A stretch of DNA of 64,000 nt. Source: Hyphococcus sp. (GTDB lineage Bacteria > Pseudomonadota > Alphaproteobacteria > Caulobacterales > Parvularculaceae). The stretch spans positions 477,055 through 541,054 of the forward strand of contig NZ_OZ253945.1 of the NCBI RefSeq assembly GCF_965267305.1, in the 5' to 3' direction. A model generated the notes under the pieces. The model saw only the letters and a list, made by a program, of their open reading frames with translations. It was not told the DNA's origin and searched no databases. The position numbers and the translations under genes are program-made. Positions within the stretch are counted from its first letter, which is position 1; each line of letters starts with the position of its first letter. Below, piece after piece: positions 39,032 to 47,151 of the stretch.

Positions 39032-39627
39032 TCGTCCTTGTTGTTGAGCTCATAGGGCTCGTTTCTGAAGATCGCTGTCGAGATCAGGCGCCGTTTGTTG
39101 GTGCCAGGTTCGGAGAGGTTGACGCCGATCGCCGGGTTGAGCGTCGTATAAAGGTAACAGATCCTGACGCGAACGATCTGAAGTTCGTCGCCGGGATTGA
39201 ACGGGATGGCGGCGACATCATCGGGCGGCGCGTCGGCGCAGGTGGCCGGCGTGGTGTCCGCCACAAGCGCCGAAAAGCTGGCGAAGGTGTCGACTTCAAC
39301 TGTCAGCCGCGTATCGCAAGCGCCAAAAACGTCGAGGATGTTGCAGATATCCTCAAACATCTCATCGTATTTGTCGTCCATGTCGCCGAAGGATTTCTGC
39401 ACCTGTCCGGTCTTGATCCGGCGGGCCGCATCGCCGACCGCAGCGTCGACGATCGAATTCGCAAAGAAGAACCAGCCGATCTCGAAGATCGAAAACATGC
39501 ACATCAGGAAAAGCGGCGCGACGATGGCGAATTCGATAGCGGTCGAACCGCGGGAGTCCTTACCGAACCCCCGCCGGGCCGCTTTTTCCGCCCAATTAGA
39601 CCGCGATTTTCTGAACATCTCCCGCAT
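39028..39627 (-). CDS. TadE-like pilus assembly (pseudopilin) protein
   Basis: It has the N-terminal motif GSTAIEFAIVAPLFLMCMFSIFEIGW. Confidence 0.75.
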   Translation of the reverse strand: MREMFRKSRSNWAEKAARRGFGKDSRGSTAIEFAIVAPLFLMCMFSIFEIGWFFFANSIVDAAVGDAARRIKTGQVQKSFGDMDDKYDEMFEDICNILDVFGACDTRLTVEVDTFASFSALVADTTPATCADAPPDDVAAIPFNPGDELQIVRVRICYLYTTLNPAIGVNLSEPGTNKRRLISTAIFRNEPYELNNKDD

Positions 39628-39629
39628 CC

Positions 39630-41741
39630 TTATTTACTGATATGCAGGTTCACGAGGTCGGCGGCGATTTCGCCGAACGCCTCTTCCAGGTCGTCGCCGG
39701 TCACGGCGTCGTTGAAATAGGGTTTGACGGGCCGTGTCGCGCAGGCCTTGAAGACATTTCGTGTGGACGTGCTGTCGAGGCCGAACATGATGGTGTAGAC
39801 CAGATAGCCTTCGGCTTTCATGCGATGGCAAACGCGGATCAGCTTGTTATCAAGTTCGTTTTCCATCTTGCCGCGGGTATTCATGCCAGCGCCCATTCGT
39901 TCTTCGCTGGCGTAGCCGTATTGGCCCTGGGTGGAGCCCCAATGCGTGTGGCTGCTCGACCCCACGACATTGTCGCCGTCCGTCATGATGACGATCGCCT
40001 TCTGCCATTTCTCATAATCAGGATCGCCCTCGCCAATGCCCTCGGTGAAGGGCGCTTCCGGCGACAACAACCGCCATCCCCAGGCCGCGCCATGCGCAAT
40101 GTCGGTATTGCCGTTTGGATAAAGCGAGTTGACATGGGTCTCCACCGTGTCGCGCACATTGGTCAGCGGCAGGATGGGCGGCGGGCAATCGTTTTCCGCA
40201 TAAAGGTAGCTGGGATTGGGCGTGTCGTATTTGCCCTTATAGGTTGACGTGGCCGAATCCCACCAGCCGACATAGGCCATGCGCATAATGTATTCCTGCT
40301 TGCCATAGCCGTAATTGCCGCTCGTGAGCGGAGAGGTGTCAATGGTCAGATCGTCCAGGAAGTCGACAAAGGCCGAGTTCGTCACATTCCCCTGCAGAAC
40401 ATCGCGGAAATAATGGACGACCTTGGCGTATTTATCGAATTGCCCCGTATTGTTGGAGTCCGTGTAGTTGCTGTCATTGACGAAGTAGTACTGGCTGCGG
40501 CCGAAACTATATCCGCTTTCCTCAATGGTGCGGCCTGAAGAATGGCTGTCGTCATTGTCGGGGTCGTCGAAATAGTAGGATTGCCAGGGCGTTCCGTAAG
40601 ACGTCGTGCCAGAATCGCCGTCATAGTCGCTGTCGCCCTCACAGTCGTGGTTGTTGTTGCAATCAACCGTATCGGGCAGGAACACCGGAACCCATTTGAA
40701 ATTGACTGGGCTCGTGAGGTCGCTGGTGGAGAGTTTGTAGCTCGGCGCGTCGTCAAACGCATCATAAGAGCGGACATCCTGCGGATTGGAGCTTCCGTCA
40801 TAGTCCGTCGGGATGGACATATAGGCGTTCAAATTCGCAGTGGTCAGCGTGCCGCCCGGCGGAATATCGAGTTCATCAAGCGGATACGGCCGGCTTTCAA
40901 CGCACCCTTGCCAGGTCAGGCCAGGCGTGGAGTCGTAGAGCGTGAAATGGTTGACCTTCGTATTCATGTCGACATTGCCGCTTTCATCCACATGAAAGAA
41001 CCGGCGGCCATGGTAATAGGCCTCCGCATTAGTGTCGGCCCAGGCGCTTGACCAGCTGGTTGATCCGCCCGCATTGACGTTAGCGTTGAACGGCACGACG
41101 CCGATTTTCAGGTTTTGGCTGGTGGCGTCGTCGCCATACATGACGTCAAGCATGATTTCGACGGCGTCTTTAAGGCTGTCGATTTTCTTCTTGCCGCCGA
41201 TCGAATCATTCATGGAGCCGGTGACGTCGAGCACCAGGGCGAGTTCCACGCGGCCGGAGCCTTTCTTGGTGATCTCGACGCATTTGTCGATGTCGAGATC
41301 TTTGATGCCGGCGACGCCGAGCAGATAGGTTTTGATCTTCCCGTTGATGCAGGTGATGATCACGGCCTGGTTGTCGAGGCCGAATTCGATATCCCAGCCG
41401 GGTTCCAGAGACCCTTCGTAATTGAAGTTCGCTTCAAAGAATTTTCGTCCGTAATCCTTCAACTCAGCGTCTGTTATGTCAGGATCGGATGCATTCAACT
41501 GCGCGAGCGCCAGCGACGCGGCGTCCATGGACTCGATCATGTCCGCGCGCACGGAGTTCCATCGCGTGTAGTCGACCGCGCCGCCTGCAAACAGGAAGAG
41601 CGCCGTCGCCATGAATGCGAAGAGGAAGGAGATATTGCCATCGCGCGCGCGCGCGAAACCTTTGGTCGCCGGTTTGAGACCGAAGGACGGACGGCCCTTC
41701 GTTTTATCCTCGCCGACTACACCGGTGCCTTGGACCAGCAT
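39630..41741 (-). CDS. TadG-like protein with a VWA domain
   Basis: 703 aa. It has the N-terminal TadG motif GNISFLFAFMATALFLFAGGAVDYTRW and the VWA MIDAS motif LVLDVTGSM. A long D/Y/S/N-rich low-complexity insert is present. Confidence 0.8.
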   Translation of the reverse strand: MLVQGTGVVGEDKTKGRPSFGLKPATKGFARARDGNISFLFAFMATALFLFAGGAVDYTRWNSVRADMIESMDAASLALAQLNASDPDITDAELKDYGRKFFEANFNYEGSLEPGWDIEFGLDNQAVIITCINGKIKTYLLGVAGIKDLDIDKCVEITKKGSGRVELALVLDVTGSMNDSIGGKKKIDSLKDAVEIMLDVMYGDDATSQNLKIGVVPFNANVNAGGSTSWSSAWADTNAEAYYHGRRFFHVDESGNVDMNTKVNHFTLYDSTPGLTWQGCVESRPYPLDELDIPPGGTLTTANLNAYMSIPTDYDGSSNPQDVRSYDAFDDAPSYKLSTSDLTSPVNFKWVPVFLPDTVDCNNNHDCEGDSDYDGDSGTTSYGTPWQSYYFDDPDNDDSHSSGRTIEESGYSFGRSQYYFVNDSNYTDSNNTGQFDKYAKVVHYFRDVLQGNVTNSAFVDFLDDLTIDTSPLTSGNYGYGKQEYIMRMAYVGWWDSATSTYKGKYDTPNPSYLYAENDCPPPILPLTNVRDTVETHVNSLYPNGNTDIAHGAAWGWRLLSPEAPFTEGIGEGDPDYEKWQKAIVIMTDGDNVVGSSSHTHWGSTQGQYGYASEERMGAGMNTRGKMENELDNKLIRVCHRMKAEGYLVYTIMFGLDSTSTRNVFKACATRPVKPYFNDAVTGDDLEEAFGEIAADLVNLHISK

Positions 41742-42046
41742 AGGGAACTCCCCGTAACACTGCTTTACGAAAAGAGAGTGCGGGAATTGGCGTTAAAAGG
41801 GCGTAAGCAAAGGTAGTTAATGCATTCGGAATTGGTAAAAATGAACCTTGTTCCCCGAAGGCCAGCGCCTGCGCCACGCGCAGTGTTTCGAGGAATATGG
41901 CCAAAGGTTGAAAGTAAGTTTAATCCCGGCCGTTAAGTTTTACAGGCAGGACGGTTTTCGGGGCCCGCCCCTGTCGGAAGACCTTCTTTGCAGTTGACGC
42001 GCAGGACAATTACCGGTCACCATCCAGCGCTTTCAAGGGGGGCGTC

Positions 42047-43336
42047 ATGAAACATCTTCTTCTCGCCATAACGGCGGCGGCGCCGCTGATTGCGCCGGTC
42101 CATGCAGCGGCGGAAACCATCTATCTGACGGCGGGCGGGATGCTCGATCCAGCGGCGGGGCGCATCGTCGAAAATGCGGCGCTCATCATCGAGGACGGCA
42201 AAATCGTCAGCGTCGGGACCATGTCGTCCCTGACGGCGCCGGAGGGCGCCAGGGAAATCACCCTTTCCGGCAAAACCGTGCTGCCGGGCCTCATCGACAT
42301 GCATGTGCATCTGACCGGCGACCCGACAAAAGGCGGCGGCTATTCGGCGCTGGGCTATCCGGGCGAGCGCTTTGTGATCTGGGCGGTGACCAATGCGGAA
42401 AAGACGCTGATGGCGGGCTTTACGACGGTCAGGAACACCGGCGCCGACGGCTATGAAGTCCTGGCGCTGCGCGATGCCGTCAATGAGGGCGAAATTCCAG
42501 GGCCGCGGATTTTCGCCGCCGGCCCGCCCGTTGGCATTGTCGGCGGGCATTGCTCCGACAACAATTATCTGCCGCCAGAGGCTGAAGCGACGGGCGAGGG
42601 CGTCGCCACCGGCCCATGGGAAATGCGCGCGAAAGTGCGCCAGAACATCAAATACGGCGTCGACTTCATCAAAACCTGTTCGACGGGCGGCGTTTTTTCA
42701 AAAGGGACCCTCCTTGGCGCGCCGCAGGGAACGCCCGAAGAACTCGCCGCCATCGTTGACGAAGCCCATATGCGGGGCCTCAAGGTCGCCGTCCACGCCC
42801 ACGGAACGATCGGCATTAAAAACGCCATCCGCGCCGGCGCCGACACGATCGAGCACGCCAGCTATCTCGACGATGAGGCGATCAGCCTCGCCAAGCGCAA
42901 TGGCGTTTATCTCTCCATGGACATCTACAACACCGAGTACACGCTCTCCGAAGGCGAGAAGAACGGCGTTCTCGAGGAGTCGCTCGAGAAGGAGCGCCAG
43001 GTCGGCGGCGTCCAGCGCGAAAGCTTCCGCAAGGCGGTAAAAGCTGGGGCGAAAGTCGTCTTCGGCACCGACGCCGCGATCTACCCCCATGGCGACAACG
43101 CCATGCAGTTCTCGCGCATGGTCCAGTTCGGCATGACGCCGCTTCAGGCGATCCGGGCAGCGACTTCGCTCGCCGCCGAGGCGCTCGGCAAGAGCGGAGA
43201 CCTGGGCTGTCTTTCGGCGGGCTGCGCCGCGGATCTTATCGCCGTATCGGGCGATCCGCTCGACGATGTTTCCGCGCTTGAGACGGTCGATTTCGTGATG
43301 AAGGAAGGCGTGATTTACAAAGGCGGCGCAGAGTGA
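42047..43336 (+). CDS. exported amidohydrolase-family metallohydrolase
   Basis: It has a signal peptide, the PGLIDMHVHL metal-binding motif, later HAHG and GTDA motifs. Confidence 0.85.
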   Translation: MKHLLLAITAAAPLIAPVHAAAETIYLTAGGMLDPAAGRIVENAALIIEDGKIVSVGTMSSLTAPEGAREITLSGKTVLPGLIDMHVHLTGDPTKGGGYSALGYPGERFVIWAVTNAEKTLMAGFTTVRNTGADGYEVLALRDAVNEGEIPGPRIFAAGPPVGIVGGHCSDNNYLPPEAEATGEGVATGPWEMRAKVRQNIKYGVDFIKTCSTGGVFSKGTLLGAPQGTPEELAAIVDEAHMRGLKVAVHAHGTIGIKNAIRAGADTIEHASYLDDEAISLAKRNGVYLSMDIYNTEYTLSEGEKNGVLEESLEKERQVGGVQRESFRKAVKAGAKVVFGTDAAIYPHGDNAMQFSRMVQFGMTPLQAIRAATSLAAEALGKSGDLGCLSAGCAADLIAVSGDPLDDVSALETVDFVMKEGVIYKGGAE

Positions 43337-43620
43337 GCGCAGACATCGAGATTAAACGGGAAGAAGGCGACACGAAGGGGCGGTATGTCATTCGGCTCGA
43401 CGGCGCCGAGGCGGAGATGACCTATTCGCGCGCCGGGGAAAAGATGATCATCATCGACCATACCGGCGTGCCGGACGCCCTGCGCGGCCGCGGCCTAGGC
43501 CCCTTGCTAGTGCGCCGCGCCGTCGAGGACGCCCGCGCCGAGGGCCGAAAGATCCTGCCGCTTTGTCCGTTTGCAAAGGCGATTATCGCCAAGCACCCCG
43601 AATTGCAGGACGTACTCTAA
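43333..43620 (+). CDS. small GNAT-like N-acetyltransferase (YjdJ type)
   Basis: 95 aa. It contains IIDHTGVPDALRGRGLG..L and a C-terminal PLCPFA motif. It overlaps the upstream gene by 4 nt. Confidence 0.75.
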   Translation: MSADIEIKREEGDTKGRYVIRLDGAEAEMTYSRAGEKMIIIDHTGVPDALRGRGLGPLLVRRAVEDARAEGRKILPLCPFAKAIIAKHPELQDVL

Positions 43621-43832
43621 GCCCGTTTGCGGCTTGCTCGCCGCCGCGCGGGACGGCGGCAAAAGTGAGGGCGGGCAACATCCTTTAAAAACAGTATGTT
43701 GTGGGCGAATTCGCAGATCCCGCCCCATCTCCGTGGCCGATTGTTCGCGGCTTCAATTTTTATCTTTTGACTGAACAACGCCCCGGAATCCGTGTTATTA
43801 ACCATATTCGGATGACCGGCATGGAGGGGGAT

Positions 43833-44852
43833 ATGTCCAAGCAATTCGGCAAAAAGCTGGCGGCGGCAGGCGCGGCAAGCGTCGCGGCGCTCCTGATGGC
43901 GACACCGGCGATGGCGGGCCGCTGCGGTCATTCCTACCCGGTCGACGCGCCGACGACCCTCGCCAAAGTGGCCCGGGCCTGCAATGTCTCGCTCTCGGCC
44001 ATGAAAGAAGCCAATACCGGGGTCGACCCTGAATATGTTCGTCCGGGCGAACATCTCGCCGTGCCTGACGAGATTGCGTCCGCAACCGACGTGCCCGCTG
44101 GCGGCGCCGATCTCGGCGTCGATGGCGGTTATTCGTCGCCGATTTATCGGTATGCGGAATATTCCGAGCCTGCCGCGCCGAAAAAAGCGGCCGCCGATCA
44201 GCCGGTTTATGTCGCTTCATCGAACGACCCTTATTTCATTCAGGCGAGCTATGGCGCGGCGTATGTTCCCGAAGACCCGAACCTCAGCTACCAGCAGCGC
44301 TCCGCCGCGCGGATCCGCAATGCGGGGCGCCCCGCGACGCCAGTGATGCTGTCGCCCATGCGGTCTTATGCGCCAAGCGCTGTGGAGATATCGGCAAACA
44401 CCGATCTCATCACTGGCGATCCGTTGTCGCCGCTGATGGAGTGCGCGGTTCTGCGCCGTCAGCCGAACGGAAAAATCAAACAGGTTCGCGAATTCAAACC
44501 GATGCCCGAGGGCCGCGAAACGCCGTCCCATTGCGTCGAGATCACGCACGCCTCCATGGCGGCGCCGGCGAAGGGGGCTGACCGGATCTCTTCATCCGAC
44601 TTCTTGCGCTCTGAATATGAAACCTACGCGCCTGGCGCGAGTTTCACTGTGCTGAAAGGCTATGTGAGTTACGCCGATGCGGATTGCGTCACGCTGCGCA
44701 GCGACGACGGCATGGTCTGGCGCGTCGCGGTGCCACTGGCGCCGTCGGAAATGCTCGGCAAAGAGGCGACCATCTGGGCCGAGCAGACCGAGGCGCCGCT
44801 CTGCGGCGGGCTCGTCATGAACCGCGCCGTCTACGCCGAGCACGCGAATTAA
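43833..44852 (+). CDS. exported LysM-domain protein
   Basis: GGAGGGGG precedes the ATG at 43833. It has a signal peptide and a LysM-like segment YPVDAPTTLAKVARACNVSLSAMKEANTG...GEHLAVP. Confidence 0.7.
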   Translation: MSKQFGKKLAAAGAASVAALLMATPAMAGRCGHSYPVDAPTTLAKVARACNVSLSAMKEANTGVDPEYVRPGEHLAVPDEIASATDVPAGGADLGVDGGYSSPIYRYAEYSEPAAPKKAAADQPVYVASSNDPYFIQASYGAAYVPEDPNLSYQQRSAARIRNAGRPATPVMLSPMRSYAPSAVEISANTDLITGDPLSPLMECAVLRRQPNGKIKQVREFKPMPEGRETPSHCVEITHASMAAPAKGADRISSSDFLRSEYETYAPGASFTVLKGYVSYADADCVTLRSDDGMVWRVAVPLAPSEMLGKEATIWAEQTEAPLCGGLVMNRAVYAEHAN

Positions 44853-45902
44853 TTAGCAGCACCCGCCGCTTGTGGCGATCTCGGCCGCGTTCTGGCCGAA
44901 TGGGGAAGCTGTGCCGCAGCCCGGGAAAATCCCGTAATGCGCCGACCAGTCGCCGATGAAATCGAACCACGGTGCGAATCTCGATTCCTTCAGCATACGG
45001 AAAGTGTTGCCGCAAACGGCGAAGGCCCGGCCTTTTTCGATGACATGGTGATTGTCGAGGGCGAAGGTCTTTTCGCTCTGGGCAAGACCGCCTTTGTAGA
45101 TCACCGCCTGACCGTAATCTTCGCAGGCGGGCTCCAGCCCGTCGATCCGGAACAGACGATAGGTTGCAGAATGAAACTGCGCCGGGGCCAGCCGTTCGCG
45201 CAACTCCGCATTGTTGATGGCGAGGGGCCTGTCCGTGACGAGGCGCGGGTCGGCGAAACCGGCGCGTTTCGCAATGTTAAGAAAATCGTTCCAGTAAAGC
45301 GCGCCGCCGAGACATTCGCCGCGCGCGGCCGGGTCATGGCGCAAATCCTCTGAAAGGCGCCGGTCGGCATAGACATCCGAGAAATAGAACTCCCCACCCG
45401 GCTTCAAGAGATCATAGGCGGCGCGGAAGACCGCTTCCTTGTCTTCCACCAGATTGATGACGCAATTGGAGACGATGACATCGAAAGAGGCGGGCTCGAG
45501 ATCGAGATCGCCGAGTCGTTCGATATCGCCTTCGAGGAAACTCACATTGGCGTAGCCGAACTTCTCCGCATGCCAGTCCTGATAGGCGCGGGCGACGGCG
45601 AGCTGTTCCGGCGTCATGTCGACGCCGATGACCTCGCCCTCGGGACCTGCAAGCTGGGCGAGGGCGAAAGCATCCTGTCCGGAGCCGGAGCCCAAATCGA
45701 GAATGCGTGCGCCTTCCAATGCCAGCGGCGCGATCAGCCCGCAGCCATAATAGCGATTGCGAACCTCAGGGTGGATGTTCGAAAGAAGCGGCTTCAGATA
45801 GGCCGGCATGTCGGCGATGGTGCAGCAGGCGTCCGTCTTGAGATCGGCGGACGATGTCAGCACCTTTCCGTAATAGTCTTTCACTTTGTCCTGAATGTTC
45901 AT
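44853..45902 (-). CDS. SAM-dependent methyltransferase, arsenite methyltransferase (ArsM)-like
   Basis: 349 aa. It has an N-terminal DACC motif, the SAM motif ILDLGSGSGQD, and a C-terminal GGCC. Confidence 0.75.
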   Translation of the reverse strand: MNIQDKVKDYYGKVLTSSADLKTDACCTIADMPAYLKPLLSNIHPEVRNRYYGCGLIAPLALEGARILDLGSGSGQDAFALAQLAGPEGEVIGVDMTPEQLAVARAYQDWHAEKFGYANVSFLEGDIERLGDLDLEPASFDVIVSNCVINLVEDKEAVFRAAYDLLKPGGEFYFSDVYADRRLSEDLRHDPAARGECLGGALYWNDFLNIAKRAGFADPRLVTDRPLAINNAELRERLAPAQFHSATYRLFRIDGLEPACEDYGQAVIYKGGLAQSEKTFALDNHHVIEKGRAFAVCGNTFRMLKESRFAPWFDFIGDWSAHYGIFPGCGTASPFGQNAAEIATSGGCC

Positions 45903-46113
45903 ACGCGCCCTGTGTTCGTAGGTGATGTCCTCATTCTTGTGATCGCCGATCCAGACGGGAACGGCAATGGCTCGGCTTTCTTCCCTCTAAGATGTGAAGG
46001 AACGAGAGGGAGAGATGGCAATGGATGCGGGGGCCCCGCTCCGGTCTTCATTCTGTCATTTTCCTGCTACGATAGCCCGCCATGATGCGGCCCGGGGCAT
46101 ATCAGGAGAAAAC

Positions 46114-47037
46114 ATGGCGGTTGCGGCGTTGAAATCGGTCATCCGGCGCAAGGTGGAGGACCGGCTCGACCGGGCGGCGCAAGCCCATCTCGGGGATACG
46201 CTTTCCCGGGTGGATTTCACCGCGCCGGCGGGCGAGGCGGCCCTGTCGCCGCCGGATTCCGTATCATGGCGGATCTTCAAGAACCCGGTGACGCTCTTCA
46301 TCGGCGGCGTCGCGGCGGTCATTCTCGAACTTGCCGAGCCGCGTGTCCGGACCGGCGTCTGGGCGCATTCAAGCTTCCGCACAGATCCTGTGGGCCGGCT
46401 GAAACGCACCGGCCTCGCCGCCATGGTGACGGTCTATGGCCCCAAGAGCCAGGCTGAAGCGATGATCGCCAAGATCAACGCTGTTCACGACCGGATTTCC
46501 GGGGTCACCCCGGACGGAACGCCCTATCGCGCATCCGATCCGGAACTGTTGACCTGGGTGCAGGCGACAGCGTCCTTCGGTTTTCTTGAAGCCTACAGTG
46601 CTTATGCTGCGCCCCTGAGCGAGGCCGAGCGCAACCGCTTTTACGCAGACAGCGGGGCGGGCGCTGCGCTTTACGGCGCCGTCAACGCGCCGCGCTCTCT
46701 CGCGGAACAAACGGCGCTGTTCGCGGCCATGACGCCGAAACTCGAAGCGTCGGACATCATTTTCGAGTTTCTTTCGATCATGAAAAAGGCTGAGGCTTTC
46801 CCGCATCCGGCGCAATTCGCCCAACATTCGCTGGTGCGCGCGGCGGTCGATCTGGTGCCTGCGAAAATCCGCCAGAAGGTAGGGCTTGAGGCGCGCCATG
46901 GCCTGCGTCCCTTCGAGGGCCGTGTCGTCAAACGCATGGCGCGCCGGGCGGATCGGCTGGTCTTGCGTTCAGGTCCTGCGGCGTCGGCATGCCGGCGGCT
47001 CGGGCTGCCGGAGGATTACCTTTACCGGCGCTCATGA
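46114..47037 (+). CDS. DUF2236 / MpaB-family oxygenase-like protein
   Basis: AGGAGAA precedes the ATG at 46114. The segment SWRIFKNPVTLFIGGVAAVILELAEPRV is typical of the family. Confidence 0.7.
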   Translation: MAVAALKSVIRRKVEDRLDRAAQAHLGDTLSRVDFTAPAGEAALSPPDSVSWRIFKNPVTLFIGGVAAVILELAEPRVRTGVWAHSSFRTDPVGRLKRTGLAAMVTVYGPKSQAEAMIAKINAVHDRISGVTPDGTPYRASDPELLTWVQATASFGFLEAYSAYAAPLSEAERNRFYADSGAGAALYGAVNAPRSLAEQTALFAAMTPKLEASDIIFEFLSIMKKAEAFPHPAQFAQHSLVRAAVDLVPAKIRQKVGLEARHGLRPFEGRVVKRMARRADRLVLRSGPAASACRRLGLPEDYLYRRS

Positions 47038-47151
47038 AGCCGCCATTCCGTATCGGGATAATTTTCATAAAATTTTAAGCAGCACATATATAAACGTTTA
47101 GAGGCGGTTAATTTAATATATGTAGATGTATCGATCTCTTTGGGGAGAACG

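Noticed and set aside
41742-42046. CtrA-like TTAA half-sites upstream of the Tad-like trio (for example TTAAtcccggccgTTAA and TTAAaagggcgTAAG).
   Set aside because: The spacing is N9 in the first case, and the second half-site is imperfect in the other case. They do not fit TTAA-N7-TTAA and are likely chance in an AT-richer spacer.
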